Source of the DNA: Thermoplasmatota archaeon
GTDB taxonomy: Archaea; Thermoplasmatota; E2; JACPAO01; JAHFTW01
NCBI GenBank assembly: GCA_041601615.1
Contig: JBFIHX010000008.1
Coordinates: forward strand, 36,261 to 100,260
Length of the DNA stretch: 64,000 bases
Reading direction: 5' to 3'
Part shown: positions 10,305-20,721 of the stretch, piece after piece
How the letters are laid out: each line of letters opens with the position of its first letter
How positions within the stretch are numbered: position 1 is the first letter of the stretch
The notes under the pieces: generated by a model
The model's database searches: none
The model's input: the letters and a program-made list of their open reading frames with translations, nothing else
Told to the model about the DNA's origin: nothing
Made by a program: the position numbers and the translations under genes

Positions 10305-10844
10305 TCAGGGAGCCGCCAAATTCCAGGTCTGGACGCGCTCATACTCGGGCCCCTCGGGTCCGAGGCGACTCTGGAAAAGCACGACCTCGGCCAGAGGGCC
10401 TTGCCAGAACGGCCCTGGGAATTCTTGGAGCAAGTTGCGCAGATCCTGAGGCCGCTTGCACCGAGCAAGCGTGATGTGCGGGACAAATTGCCGGCTTGCT
10501 TCTGGTTGGCCAAGCGATTGCGTCGCCGCCACGATTCGCTGCTGCAGCGCGCGCAGCGGCTCCGCCTCCAAGTTGGCCCAGACAATGCGGGCATGGCGCG
10601 GGTCTTGGAACATCCCAAGGTGCCGAATTGCGCCGTCCATGGCTTGGGCGTCTTTCACCGCGGCCCCAACGGCGGTACGGATGGCTTCCCTGTCGCTCGA
10701 TTCCTCCACGTCGCCAAAAAACCGCAGCGTCACGTGCTCCGTGCCCTCCGGAACCGGCCGCACGCCATCCAGCCGCTGCAACGTATTTCGTACCGGACCC
10801 AGGACATCCGCGCAGGAGACCGGCAGGCCAACAAACAAGCGCAC
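10305..10844 (-). CDS. thpR: RNA 2',3'-cyclic phosphodiesterase (2'-5' RNA ligase family)
   Basis: MRLFVG start; two HxT motifs (HVTLRF, PHITLAR); LFQSRL...GPEY. Confidence 0.92.
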   Translation of the reverse strand: MRLFVGLPVSCADVLGPVRNTLQRLDGVRPVPEGTEHVTLRFFGDVEESSDREAIRTAVGAAVKDAQAMDGAIRHLGMFQDPRHARIVWANLEAEPLRALQQRIVAATQSLGQPEASRQFVPHITLARCKRPQDLRNLLQEFPGPFWQGPLAEVVLFQSRLGPEGPEYERVQTWNLAAP

Positions 10845-10943
10845 GCAAGATCATTGTCTCCGGGCGCTTTGGAGGTTCGGGTGGACACAAGCGGACACCC
10901 CAATCCGCTCCGGCGGCGGCAAGCGTCAAGTTCTCGGGCCCGA

Positions 10944-12362
10944 ATGAGCGACCCGATGCGTGCCCTGTCCGTCCTGTCTGTCCTTCTGGCGCTGATGCTC
11001 CTGCCCTCCACCCTCGCGCAAGTGCCCGGGATCAAGGATGCCATCACCGACGGGACCGCCTTCGAATACGACGACGAAGCCAGCGTCGAGCGCATCCGAG
11101 CCGTGGCGGACTCGATTTCGGGCAACGGGGTCCATGATTGCGTACAAATGGTCACATCCGACCCGACCACCGCGTACCGCATGATGGGCACCCCAACGCA
11201 AGACGCATTCATCCAAAAGCACCGCAACACCTTCGCGGATTTTGGCCTCGCATCCGACTTGCACCACTTCCAAAACGGATCCGCAGCGTTCGGAGTCGGC
11301 GGCACCGTGTTCGGAGAGGGCGGCACGAATCTACTTGCCGTCCTGCCCGGCACCCACCTCGACAAGTGGGTGGTCATCGGCGGCCACTACGACACCCGCG
11401 AAGCGACCATCGGCGCCTTGGACAACGGCAGCGGCCTCTGCTCCGTCTACGAAGTTGCTCGTGCCATGAAGGCCGACGTGGACGCCAATGGCCCCTACGA
11501 GGCGAGCATCGTGTTTGCCTGGTACGACGGCGAAGAATGGGGCCTCTACGGCGCCGTTGCATTCTCCCAAGACACGAAAGTCGCCAAGCGGCTCCTAGGT
11601 CTGCCAGAGGATGCCAGCGTGGAGATACTGGTGAGCCAAAGCTTCGACATGCCCGGCCTCAACTACCCCGCCCGCAACATCTGGGTACAATACGGCGAAC
11701 CCGTCGACCTCGAAGGCTACGCCGTGCTGAACCTGCGCACCGCACCCATCCATGACGAAAACGACTGGACGTGCTGGAGCTACGGCTGCTATGAGGACCT
11801 CAAGACCCGCACCGACTTCGAGACGGTACTGCACGCCAACACCAACTACCAATTCCTGGTGCGCGAAGTGGCCTACGACCTCCTGCAATACCCACCCGAA
11901 TACGTCTGGATCAGCGACGACCACTACGGACGCAGCGACCACATCCCCCTCATCGCAGCTGGCGCCGCAGGCATGCGCATCCAAGGCAGCCACGACGAAG
12001 AATACCCCTGCTACCACCAACCCTGCGACACCCTCGAATGGCTCTACCTCCAAGCCGGAAGCCGCGACGAGTTGTTGCTTGCCTACAACACGGAAGCAAC
12101 CATCGGCGGCACCGTCGCCATGTACGCAGCCCTACGAGGCGAAGTCGGACCCTACGGCGAACCCTTCTGGGCCGCCAAGCGCGGAGCCAACCTCGCAGAC
12201 CTCCTTGCCTTGCACCCCTACGTGACTGCCCCCGGCACCCTCCAAGACGACACGCCCCCCACGGACGCCGAAATCCCCGCGCCAGCCGCCCCCGCCAGCC
12301 TCGCCGCCGTCTGCCTCGCCGCCCTCATGCAAGCCCGCCGCATCACCGGCCGAATTGGATGA
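10944..12362 (+). CDS. Secreted M28 family metallopeptidase with C-terminal sorting signal
   Basis: GGHYD, GALDNGSG, DGEEWGLYG, RSDH, YHQPCD; C-terminal PAP + hydrophobic + RR tail. Confidence 0.85.
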   Translation: MSDPMRALSVLSVLLALMLLPSTLAQVPGIKDAITDGTAFEYDDEASVERIRAVADSISGNGVHDCVQMVTSDPTTAYRMMGTPTQDAFIQKHRNTFADFGLASDLHHFQNGSAAFGVGGTVFGEGGTNLLAVLPGTHLDKWVVIGGHYDTREATIGALDNGSGLCSVYEVARAMKADVDANGPYEASIVFAWYDGEEWGLYGAVAFSQDTKVAKRLLGLPEDASVEILVSQSFDMPGLNYPARNIWVQYGEPVDLEGYAVLNLRTAPIHDENDWTCWSYGCYEDLKTRTDFETVLHANTNYQFLVREVAYDLLQYPPEYVWISDDHYGRSDHIPLIAAGAAGMRIQGSHDEEYPCYHQPCDTLEWLYLQAGSRDELLLAYNTEATIGGTVAMYAALRGEVGPYGEPFWAAKRGANLADLLALHPYVTAPGTLQDDTPPTDAEIPAPAAPASLAAVCLAALMQARRITGRIG

Positions 12363-12412
12363 AAACGAACCGCCGCGACGACTCTAAGCCCCGCCGCCCG
12401 AATCGTGCCCCG

Positions 12413-12646
12413 ATGCGAACCATCGCCATCCTCCTAGCAAGCATGTTCGTCCTCCTGGGCGCCTTCAGCACCACTGCAAGCGCCAGCCATGACTGCGACA
12501 AGAGCCGCGACGTAGACGCCACACTCGTCAAAGTACACGTCGAGTACGACGTCGTCTGCGCCAGCCTCGAAGTGTCCCGCTGCACCCTCTACAGCGACCC
12601 CGAATACCCCTCGCACCCCTACTGGCGCTGCGAGCGCGTTCTCTAG
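12413..12646 (+). CDS. Small secreted Cys-rich protein (4 Cys)
   Basis: Signal peptide MRTIAILL...TASA; C-rich codon usage like neighbouring genes. Confidence 0.7.
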   Translation: MRTIAILLASMFVLLGAFSTTASASHDCDKSRDVDATLVKVHVEYDVVCASLEVSRCTLYSDPEYPSHPYWRCERVL

Positions 12647-12787
12647 ACACGCACAACAACAGCAGGCATTCTTGAATCCCTGATGAACACCTTCTCCATC
12701 TCAACCCATCCAAGCGACACCAATCCGCCGACAAACCGCCTCTTTCTGGCAAGAATCCTTATGAGCCGCGGCCCCGGCTGCACACCC

Positions 12788-14338
12788 ATGCGCCGCCCCT
12801 TGGCCGTCCTCCTGCTTCTGCTCCTGCCCACCCTGGCAGGCTGCCTTTCCGACTCCGACAAAGATGGCGGACGCGACCTCGAAGTGCTCCCCGACAACCC
12901 AACCCACGTCCTCGACGGCAGCACGGAACCAGTAGCGCTGCTTGCCCCCACCTTCCAACTCCGAGGCCCCCTCGCCACTGCCGACCCCGTGCTTGGCGCC
13001 GGTGAACCCAGCATCTGGGTCGCCCTCGACGGCACCATCTACGTCGCCTTCCCCGGCTGCGACCAACCAATTACCGGCGATCCGCTGGGCGCCGGCAACT
13101 GCCCCCACGGCCCCCTCTACCGAAGCCAAGACGACGGCGCAACCTTCGAACGCATGAACCAAGCCAGCGACGGCCGCTACTCCCCCGACGGACCCTCCGC
13201 CAACGGCGACGCAGACGTAGCCGTGGACAGCGCCGGCACCGTGTACGTCAGCAACCTCGGCGGAGGCGGCATCCAACTCCACCGCTACGACGGCAATTGG
13301 ACCTATCTTGGCAACATTGTCCCACCCACCGAAAACCCCAACGACGACCCAGACCGACGCGACGGCGCCGACCGCCAATGGCTCGCAGCAGCCGGACCCG
13401 GACACGTCATCAACACCTGGATGCGCACCAGCCCCGCCCGGGACGTGGCCATCAACACCACCTTCGACGGCGGCGCCACCTGGACCGGCACCACCTACTT
13501 CGGCAACGACATCGGCTGGCTCGGAACCGTGCAATTTGCACCCGATGGCAAACATGCCTACATCCCCTACACCCAACCCATCACGACCGCCCCTGTGGCC
13601 GACATCTACGGAGGCCAAGAATTCAGCATGCACGTCGCCTACACAGCCGACGGAGGCCTAACCTGGAACGACGTGGACACAGGTGCCCGATGGTTCAGCA
13701 GCATGACCGGCGGCCACTGGAGCGGCACCCAAATGGCCCCCAGCCTCGACGTCACCGGCGACGGCACCGTCGTGCTCGTCTGGGCCCAAGACGAATTCCT
13801 GCCCGAAAGCACCCCGCCCTACACCGCCACCAGCGCGTCCACCATCCTCTACGCCATCACCAGCAAAGACCACGGCACCACCTGGACCGAGCCCGCCTTC
13901 ATCACACCCCCGGGTATCGCAGACACGCCGTTTGGCACCAGCATCATGCCCTGGGTCACAGGCGGCGCAGGCGACCGCTTCGCCGTCACCTTCCTGCACA
14001 ACGACAGCCCCCTCGATGGCGACTACATTGGCCTATCCTGGGACGTCATGGCACTCGTCGCCGATGGCATGGGCACCGACGACGAACGCATCGTCTACGC
14101 CACCATCGACACCAACGTGCACCAAGGTGGCATCTGCACCCGAGGCGGACTCTGCATCCTCACCGCCAGCGACCGCGCCCTTTTGGACTTCTTTGAAGCC
14201 GACCTTTTGCCCGACGGCCGACTCATCGTAGTCTACCCCGCCGACCCACTCACCGGAGGCAAGACCATCGAAATGCGCATCGCCATCCAAGACGGCGGGA
14301 CACTGATGGCCATCCCATCCGAACCCCAAACCGCGTAG
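12788..14338 (+). CDS. Lipoprotein with BNR/Asp-box repeats (sialidase-like beta-propeller)
   Basis: LAGC lipobox; SQDDGATF, TFDGGATW, TADGGLTW, SKDHGTTW. Confidence 0.85.
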   Translation: MRRPLAVLLLLLLPTLAGCLSDSDKDGGRDLEVLPDNPTHVLDGSTEPVALLAPTFQLRGPLATADPVLGAGEPSIWVALDGTIYVAFPGCDQPITGDPLGAGNCPHGPLYRSQDDGATFERMNQASDGRYSPDGPSANGDADVAVDSAGTVYVSNLGGGGIQLHRYDGNWTYLGNIVPPTENPNDDPDRRDGADRQWLAAAGPGHVINTWMRTSPARDVAINTTFDGGATWTGTTYFGNDIGWLGTVQFAPDGKHAYIPYTQPITTAPVADIYGGQEFSMHVAYTADGGLTWNDVDTGARWFSSMTGGHWSGTQMAPSLDVTGDGTVVLVWAQDEFLPESTPPYTATSASTILYAITSKDHGTTWTEPAFITPPGIADTPFGTSIMPWVTGGAGDRFAVTFLHNDSPLDGDYIGLSWDVMALVADGMGTDDERIVYATIDTNVHQGGICTRGGLCILTASDRALLDFFEADLLPDGRLIVVYPADPLTGGKTIEMRIAIQDGGTLMAIPSEPQTA

Positions 14339-14627
14339 GGAATCGAATCTGCCATCCTCTGGGTGCCGTCCCAAACTCCCCAAACCTTCCAAAATGACCG
14401 AAGGCAGTGGAGCCGTAAGTAGTGACGGACCATCTAAGGATCTAGGGCTTGGTTCCCAGAACCCGTGCGTGACTCCCACGGCACGAGCAGAATTCAGGTG
14501 GATCCCAGATTCTGGAAAAGCATCCTCTCGACCGAGAGAGTGGAATTACTCTTCAAATTATTGGGAAGTCTCGGCGCCAACCTTAACCATCAATTGGCCT
14601 AATAAGTGCTACGCCATCTTGGGGCTC

Positions 14628-14996
14628 ATGCATAAGCAGTGGGCGCTATTCTTCCTTCTCGTAACTCTCGCTAGCCTTTCAGGTTGCGCCAAGAGTCACG
14701 CTCCGCCAGCAGCCCATGTTATCGTAACATTGGTTGACGAAGCACAAGAGACGTCGATAAAATGGGAAGAGCTGCCCGAAACTGGAAAACATAAAATATT
14801 AGAGACTCATTTTAAGATGGCGGCAGTAGATTCAACGATGGAATCCAGTTTTGAGGTAAACATTGACGAGGCTAATGGCATTAGGATGGGACTGCAGCCA
14901 AAATCAGATCCGAACTCCAATGGAGGGTATGATGATTTATATTACATTGTTTTTCAAAACTCTACTTTCCGTGTTATAATATCTGAAATAGGTTAA
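14628..14996 (+). CDS. Small lipoprotein in a low-GC islet
   Basis: LSGC lipobox after ATG 14628; AT-rich sequence. Confidence 0.6.
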   Translation: MHKQWALFFLLVTLASLSGCAKSHAPPAAHVIVTLVDEAQETSIKWEELPETGKHKILETHFKMAAVDSTMESSFEVNIDEANGIRMGLQPKSDPNSNGGYDDLYYIVFQNSTFRVIISEIG

Positions 14997-15217
14997 CGAG
15001 GTTGCATGATGTTATAAGCAAAATCATAATTAGGGATTTAGTTATTATATACAATCAGTAAATATTACTAAATTTACATCGATAATAGAAAATTAAAGGG
15101 GCGCAAGTCGCTTCGCCCCCTGGGCTGTTCAGGCCAATTCGGCCCAATATCACCACCTTTGCTTATATTATGCTTACTCGATGCTGAACTAGACGTGATT
15201 ACACGTCGGTGAACATT

Positions 15218-16516
15218 ATGCATGTAAAACAAATTTGAGCCACCTTTGTGGTGATAACCCTCCTTGGTGTAATCAACGCCCAAGGCCACGAGAGCAATGG
15301 TCCCGAAGGCCCTGCTACCGACTACAAGACCTCCGAATTCGAGGTTGATACAAGCCAGATGCGCAAGAGCATCAACGAAGGCACGCCCGTGGTTTTGCCC
15401 TTTGGGGACATCGGCGCCATTTCGCTGGTCCTGGCGGAGTTCGACGTGTTCGCTCCGGGCATGAAGATTCGGCCAGTTCACGACGAAACCGGCTCCCCCG
15501 TTGGATACGAGCCGTTCCCATACTGGTCCTTTGAGGGCGTCGTCGCCAACGACCCGACCTCCCGAGCAGTCATTACGATGGACGACAGAGGCCTGTATGG
15601 CACCGTGAGGGCTTTTGACGTGCTGATGCACTACAAGCCAGTCGATGAAGACCATATCCTGGCGAGCGGTGAAATGGCCGTGGTCCGGGCGAAGTGGATC
15701 GACAACGGCAGCGCAGGCAGCATCCTCGTTGACGCGGAAAAGTACGCCATAGACACCGTCCGGGAAAACGATGCATCGCAGTCATCTCAAAGGAGCAGCG
15801 CCAAGACGGGTGGCACAATCTACTACAAGTCTCCCGATACCAACCGAGTCTACGAGAACGACCTAAGCGTCAGTTGCAACCGCCAGCCTGCCACCGCCAA
15901 GTCCCTCGCGGACAAGCGATTCACGGACAAACACAGCAACTACGCCACTCGCATCGCCAACGCCTTCGCCATTCAACGAGCTATGTGGGACGCTTACACC
16001 TGCAACATCCTAGTCCTCAACAACATCGAGGCGCTACCGTATAACTATAGTAGTTCTGGCACTTGTTCCACGCACCTATTGCATTTCCGCCAATTCAACG
16101 AGGAAGAGTGGGGAATCAATGCGTATCAACTATTCACTGGCATTGAGCTTAATGACTGTGATGGAATTGGATACAAGGAAAGTGCCGGGGTGCAAGCCAA
16201 GCACTACTATGGGTACCGAACCGAAAATCCAAACAATTGGTGGGACGACCGTTTGAGCCTCATAGAGGCCGTTGACCACAACCGCTGGTCGGACTCTAAC
16301 GACCCGGACGAACAGAGCGACCTGGGCCTTGTGAGTGCCCAAGAAATCGGCCACAACTGGGGCGAGCCAAGCCACCCACAGAGCGCGCAAAACTACCGCT
16401 ACAACGTAATGGCGGATGGAACGATCTATGACGACCGCGATTTCTGGATGACCAATGGAAATTCTTGGAACACTGCGGAGCTTATCGTCAAGGCAACGCA
16501 AGGAAAATTCATCTAA
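15218..16516 (+). pseudogene. Reprolysin/M12-like zinc metalloprotease homolog with QExxH variant and an in-frame TGA in the signal peptide
   Basis: ATG 15218 reads MHVKQI*ATFVVITLLGVINA (TGA 15236-15238); AQEIGHNWGEPSH plus Met-turn YNVMA; could still initiate at GTG 15248. Confidence 0.6.
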
Positions 16517-16991
16517 CTAGGATTTTCAGCGTCAACTCCCCCCCCTTTCCCGCTCCACTCCCGTCGGCATGCTTGAATCTAAAGACACCGCCTTGGAACT
16601 ACCCCAATATATCGCAATTTAGTGCCAGAAATCTTTTAATTTTGGGTTAATATGGACTTTCATTATCAAAAATATTGGCATGGTGAAAATTAAGTTTTGC
16701 GCATCCCCCTCCTTGGCTGCTCCAAACATGGGCTTCTGGGTCTACGAGGATTTTTTCCATGTAGCTGGATTTGCTCACGATTGCCCTGCGGTTCACTCCG
16801 ATGGCTGACGCTGAACCCAAATTCGAATGTGAACAGCCTAAGGACGCGGCTCGTTTTTGGCGGTCTATCTAAAACCGGGGGCACCAGGGGCCATTGCCTA
16901 TAGCCTCTCCAGCACCAGGCGCCAACACCGGGTTTTGGAAGGCACCGCCATCCTCCACAATCCATAAGACGCCGCACCGCTGGAGCGCATC

Positions 16992-17498
16992 GTGGACCGC
17001 CGCCAGTGGCTCGAAACCGCCCGCGAAGAATCCGGCTACACCAGCACCGACCCGGCGCCGCCTCTCGTGGCCCCGGGAGCGTCGGCCGAAGTGGCAGACC
17101 TGGCAGCAAAGCTCCTGGATACGTCGCAGCCCATGTTTCAACGCATGCGTGCCGTCTTCGCGCTTCGCAACGTGGGCGGAGCTGCCGCCGTGGACGCACT
17201 CGCGTCGGCGTTTCTCGACTCGTCTGCCTTGCTTCGCCACGAACTGGCGTACGTGCTTGGCCAAATGGGCGACGCCCACGCGCTGCCCTACCTCGTGAAG
17301 GTGCTATCCACCGAGGACGAGCATGTGATGGTGCGACACGAAGCCGCCGAGGCTCTAGGCGCGATAGGCGATGAGCGCGGGCGCGCCGTGTTGGAACGAT
17401 TCCTGGCAGACCCGAACCCGGAGGTCTCCGAGTCGTGCGAGGTCGCCCTCGACCTCCTGGATTGGGTCAATTCGTCGTCGATGGACTACTCGGAGTAA
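16992..17498 (+). CDS. Half-length deoxyhypusine hydroxylase (DOHH)-like HEAT-repeat protein
   Basis: STDPAPP, RMRAVFALRN, SALLRHELAYVLGQM, MVRHEAAEALGAIG, ESCEVALD; two HE iron-ligand motifs; in-frame upstream stop at 16965. Confidence 0.85.
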   Translation: MDRRQWLETAREESGYTSTDPAPPLVAPGASAEVADLAAKLLDTSQPMFQRMRAVFALRNVGGAAAVDALASAFLDSSALLRHELAYVLGQMGDAHALPYLVKVLSTEDEHVMVRHEAAEALGAIGDERGRAVLERFLADPNPEVSESCEVALDLLDWVNSSSMDYSE

Positions 17499-17505
17499 AC
17501 GCGCA

Positions 17506-17709
17506 CTAATTCAGTGGGCAATGGTGGAAGATCCAGCACCATCCCGTGTCGCTGAGGACACAGACCCAACCCGTCATCACGTTGTAGACACAGGAAGCGT
17601 TCTCCCGGGGAATGCTGTCCGGCATGTGGTCTGCAGCGGCCGTCGGCGCCAAGGCTGCGGTGCCAAGCACCAGCAGGCAAGTCATGGCGAGTGTGATGGT
17701 TTTGTTCAT
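17506..17709 (-). CDS. Small secreted Cys/Trp-rich peptide
   Basis: Signal peptide to APTAAA; mature part ...SCVYNVMTGWVCVLSDTGWCWIFHHCPLN. Confidence 0.65.
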   Translation of the reverse strand: MNKTITLAMTCLLVLGTAALAPTAAADHMPDSIPRENASCVYNVMTGWVCVLSDTGWCWIFHHCPLN

Positions 17710-17753
17710 GGTTTCACGTCCAGCCAGCATTGGGCCGACCAAGGGAGGACTAC

Positions 17754-19079
17754 TCAGTGGCTTTGTGAACTGTTCGGTGGCCGGCCCGGATGATCCGATG
17801 CGCGAATGGGCCCCTCGCCGGTTTCCTCAATTTCTACGTCAAGGCCCCGAATGAACGTCAAGTCCGGACCACGTTCGCCCGTGACGCGGCGAGGAATGTC
17901 GCGGGAAATCCGAGCCATCAATTCGTAGTTCAAGAGGTGCTGGCCCTCGGCAAACGAATGGACCGTGATTTCCTCATCGCCTTGGTGACCAATCAGCACA
18001 ACCTCATCGCCGGGGCCGGCCGAAGGCAAGTGCCCCACATCCACTTGGACCATGTTCATGTTCACCTGCCCAACAATGGGACAAGGCGTGCCATGAATCA
18101 GCACCTGGCCCGCATTCGAGAGCCCCCGAGTGAATCCATCGCCATAACCCACGGGTAGAATCGCAAGCGTCGTGTCGCGGTTCGTGCGGTGGGCTTGGCC
18201 GTATCCCACGAACGTACCCTCTGGAACGTGCTTGACTGCCATGATGCGGGTTCGCCAGCTCATGGCCCGGCGCAACCGAAGCGGCCTCGCCTCATCTCGC
18301 ACACGATACCCTGCCCGCACCTCTGGTGTTGGCCACAAGCCGTACCCTGCTATGCCGGATCGGACCATTTCCATGCGAAACCGCTCGTCAAGAAGTGCCG
18401 CGCTGGAACTACTCACATGCCGCGCCGGCACCGCGCACCCCGCACTTCGCACTTGGTCGCAGACGGACTCAAACACCTCCATTTGGGCTTGGACTCGGGC
18501 TTCATTGCGGCGATCCTCGGCGCCCGCCAGATGCGTGCAAAGCCCCACCACTTCAATCTCGTCCATGTCCGCAGCAGCACAGATGACATCCACCGCAGAA
18601 TCCGGTTCGAGTCCCGTGCGGTGCATGCCTGTCTCTACCTCCACATGCACCCGAAGCGGCAGGCAATCCGAACGATTGCGGGCCGCATCCCGCGCACCCT
18701 GCATCGTCGCCTGCCAGTCCGCATCATCGTTGACCCAAGGCTCCAAGCCGCAGCGAGCAACCCACAGCATGTTCTCCGGCTCCACATGCCCCATGACCTG
18801 AATGCGGCTTTGGCCATCACTGGCACCAAGCGCATGCCAAGCCTCATGGGCGCTGAAGACGGCAAAATCACGCACACCCGCCCCCTCGGCGATGGGCACC
18901 ACGGCGGCGATGCCATGGCCGTAGGCGTCCGCTTTGATCACGAAACACAATCGGGCCGGGTCGAATTCTCGCTGCAACGCTTGCAGATTTCCCTCAAGTC
19001 TGCCCTGATCAATCTCAATCCATGTTCCCTGCGCTGGCGGGGCATCCTCCGGCTCCTGCACCGCGTCGTCTAGGCTCAT
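17754..19079 (-). CDS. alr: Alanine racemase family PLP enzyme
   Basis: VIKADAYGHG, ETGMHRTG, VRSGIAGYG, VGYG, PVGYGDG, GQVNMN. Confidence 0.9.
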   Translation of the reverse strand: MSLDDAVQEPEDAPPAQGTWIEIDQGRLEGNLQALQREFDPARLCFVIKADAYGHGIAAVVPIAEGAGVRDFAVFSAHEAWHALGASDGQSRIQVMGHVEPENMLWVARCGLEPWVNDDADWQATMQGARDAARNRSDCLPLRVHVEVETGMHRTGLEPDSAVDVICAAADMDEIEVVGLCTHLAGAEDRRNEARVQAQMEVFESVCDQVRSAGCAVPARHVSSSSAALLDERFRMEMVRSGIAGYGLWPTPEVRAGYRVRDEARPLRLRRAMSWRTRIMAVKHVPEGTFVGYGQAHRTNRDTTLAILPVGYGDGFTRGLSNAGQVLIHGTPCPIVGQVNMNMVQVDVGHLPSAGPGDEVVLIGHQGDEEITVHSFAEGQHLLNYELMARISRDIPRRVTGERGPDLTFIRGLDVEIEETGEGPIRASDHPGRPPNSSQSH

Positions 19080-20224
19080 GCTCGCCTCGCAAGCTGCACC
19101 CAAAATTGAATGCCCCGCTCCAGCAGAACATCGGGAAATTCATACCGGTCGTCATGCAGCGGCGGCTGATCCACGCCCGAACCGAGCCCCAGAAGTGCTC
19201 CTGGCCAACGGGCACATGCGTGTCCAAAGTCCTCGCTCCAGCCAAACGGACCCTCCAACCGCACAAGCTCCATGCCGACCGCCAGCGCCGCCTCGGACGC
19301 CGCCGTGAGCGCCCCATCGTCGTTGCGGGTCTCCGGAAACGGATCCACCTCCGCCCAGTGCAGCTCCAGGTCCAGGTCCCCGGCGGCCTCCGAGGCAAGC
19401 TCCAGCCAGGTCGAGCGCATCCATTCCACGTCCTCAGCAGAACCGCGCAGGGTAGCCGCCACCGTGCCCCAGCCGGGACTGGTGCCGTACGCTTCCTCGC
19501 CGAGGCGCACATGGATCAACGTCGCAAGTGCTTCCGGGCCAAGCCCCATGGCAAGCCCCTCCACCGCGTCGGCGAGGCGGGCCAAAGCTGCCCACGGAGA
19601 CCGCCCGTCGCCGGGTTGCGCCGCGTGGCTCTCGGTGCCCAAAAACGTCAGACGGACGCCCTGACTCGCAAGCGCGCCAGGACCAAGCAACAACGCCCCC
19701 ATTGGATACCCCGGAACGTTGTGGATTGAGTAGCAATCCCGCATGTTCAAACCTGACAAGCGCGGGTCTTCGAGGCAACGCGCCATGCCCGAACCATCCT
19801 CTTCACTCGGCTGAAACAGAACCGACACAGGACGCTCGGCTGGAGCCGAAGCAAGGTGCGCTAGGGCCGCCGCCACCATCACCATGTGCCCGTCGTGCCC
19901 ACAACCATGCCGAGCACCATCCCGGGCCGGAATCGCATCCAATTCGGCGCGAAACAGATGCACCTTGCCGCCGCTCGTGCCCGCCACCTGCGCCAACAGC
20001 CCGTGGCTGCCGTCGCCACCGATTCCGGTTTCCACGCGGACACCCCGCGCTTCCAACCACGTTTGCAGCAGGTTCGCAGTCTGTGATTCGTGACCACTCT
20101 GCTCGGCCAACGCGTGCAGCGACGCACGCAACATGGTCGCTTCGGCAAGCTCTGCGGGGGTCAGCGATTCAATGCGTGGCCTCTTGGAAGGCACTGCGGA
20201 CCCCTTCGACACGAGTCGGGTCAA
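19076..20224 (-). CDS. M20D family amidohydrolase
   Basis: FRAELDA, HGCGHDGH, FQPSEE, HN, SEDFG, LH; ATGA overlap with alr; start uncertain (ATG 20134 or near 20172). Confidence 0.88.
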   Translation of the reverse strand: MTRLVSKGSAVPSKRPRIESLTPAELAEATMLRASLHALAEQSGHESQTANLLQTWLEARGVRVETGIGGDGSHGLLAQVAGTSGGKVHLFRAELDAIPARDGARHGCGHDGHMVMVAAALAHLASAPAERPVSVLFQPSEEDGSGMARCLEDPRLSGLNMRDCYSIHNVPGYPMGALLLGPGALASQGVRLTFLGTESHAAQPGDGRSPWAALARLADAVEGLAMGLGPEALATLIHVRLGEEAYGTSPGWGTVAATLRGSAEDVEWMRSTWLELASEAAGDLDLELHWAEVDPFPETRNDDGALTAASEAALAVGMELVRLEGPFGWSEDFGHACARWPGALLGLGSGVDQPPLHDDRYEFPDVLLERGIQFWVQLARRA

Positions 20225-20609
20225 GCTTGAGGAAGTAAATGCCCCTGTCGTCGCGCTTTGGCAAGCCCCCCGGGTAGTTTCCAGAGCGCGGCGGAAACGG
20301 CACCTGGTACAACGCCGCCTGGGCCGCCTCGATGTCCGTGTTGAGCGTGCACCGCTCGACGGGTCCGAACGCCTGCACCGACTCCCAGATGTTCTCCGAC
20401 TCCATGTGGACCACCGTCAGGCACGCCTCCTGTGTCTCGTTCTCGTACCTGTCCTTGAGTCCCGGATGACACTGGAACCATGCCCGCTCGCCGTCAAAAC
20501 CATAGAACAGAGGCACCGCGTAGGCCCGCCCGCCGTCGGCAAGCGACAGCACACCCATACGCGAGCGGCGCAGAATCTCCAGAGCATCCTCGTGCGGCAT
20601 CGGCTCCAT
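20169..20609 (-). CDS. Pyridoxamine 5'-phosphate oxidase-like (NimA-type) flavin-binding protein
   Basis: GVLSLADGGRAYAVPLFY, WESVQAFG, split-barrel pattern. Confidence 0.8.
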   Translation of the reverse strand: MEPMPHEDALEILRRSRMGVLSLADGGRAYAVPLFYGFDGERAWFQCHPGLKDRYENETQEACLTVVHMESENIWESVQAFGPVERCTLNTDIEAAQAALYQVPFPPRSGNYPGGLPKRDDRGIYFLKLDPTRVEGVRSAFQEATH

Positions 20610-20721
20610 ACGTCCTATCGTGCAGTTTCTTCGATATTAACTGTATCCCCGCCGAGACGGCGGCCAAGAAGACCGAGCTGCCCCACGCCTAAATATGGGT
20701 CCTCCGTCGCCGGTTCACGGG

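Noticed and set aside
10302-10943. N-terminal extensions of ORF-track calls (M28 from 10302; also 4687, 24970 and 9303)
   Set aside because: They overlap real neighbouring genes; signal peptides or RBS indicate later starts.
15236-15238. TGA as selenocysteine or a recoded codon
   Set aside because: It lies in a signal peptide, TGA is a normal stop elsewhere in the window, and no SECIS-like element was noticed.
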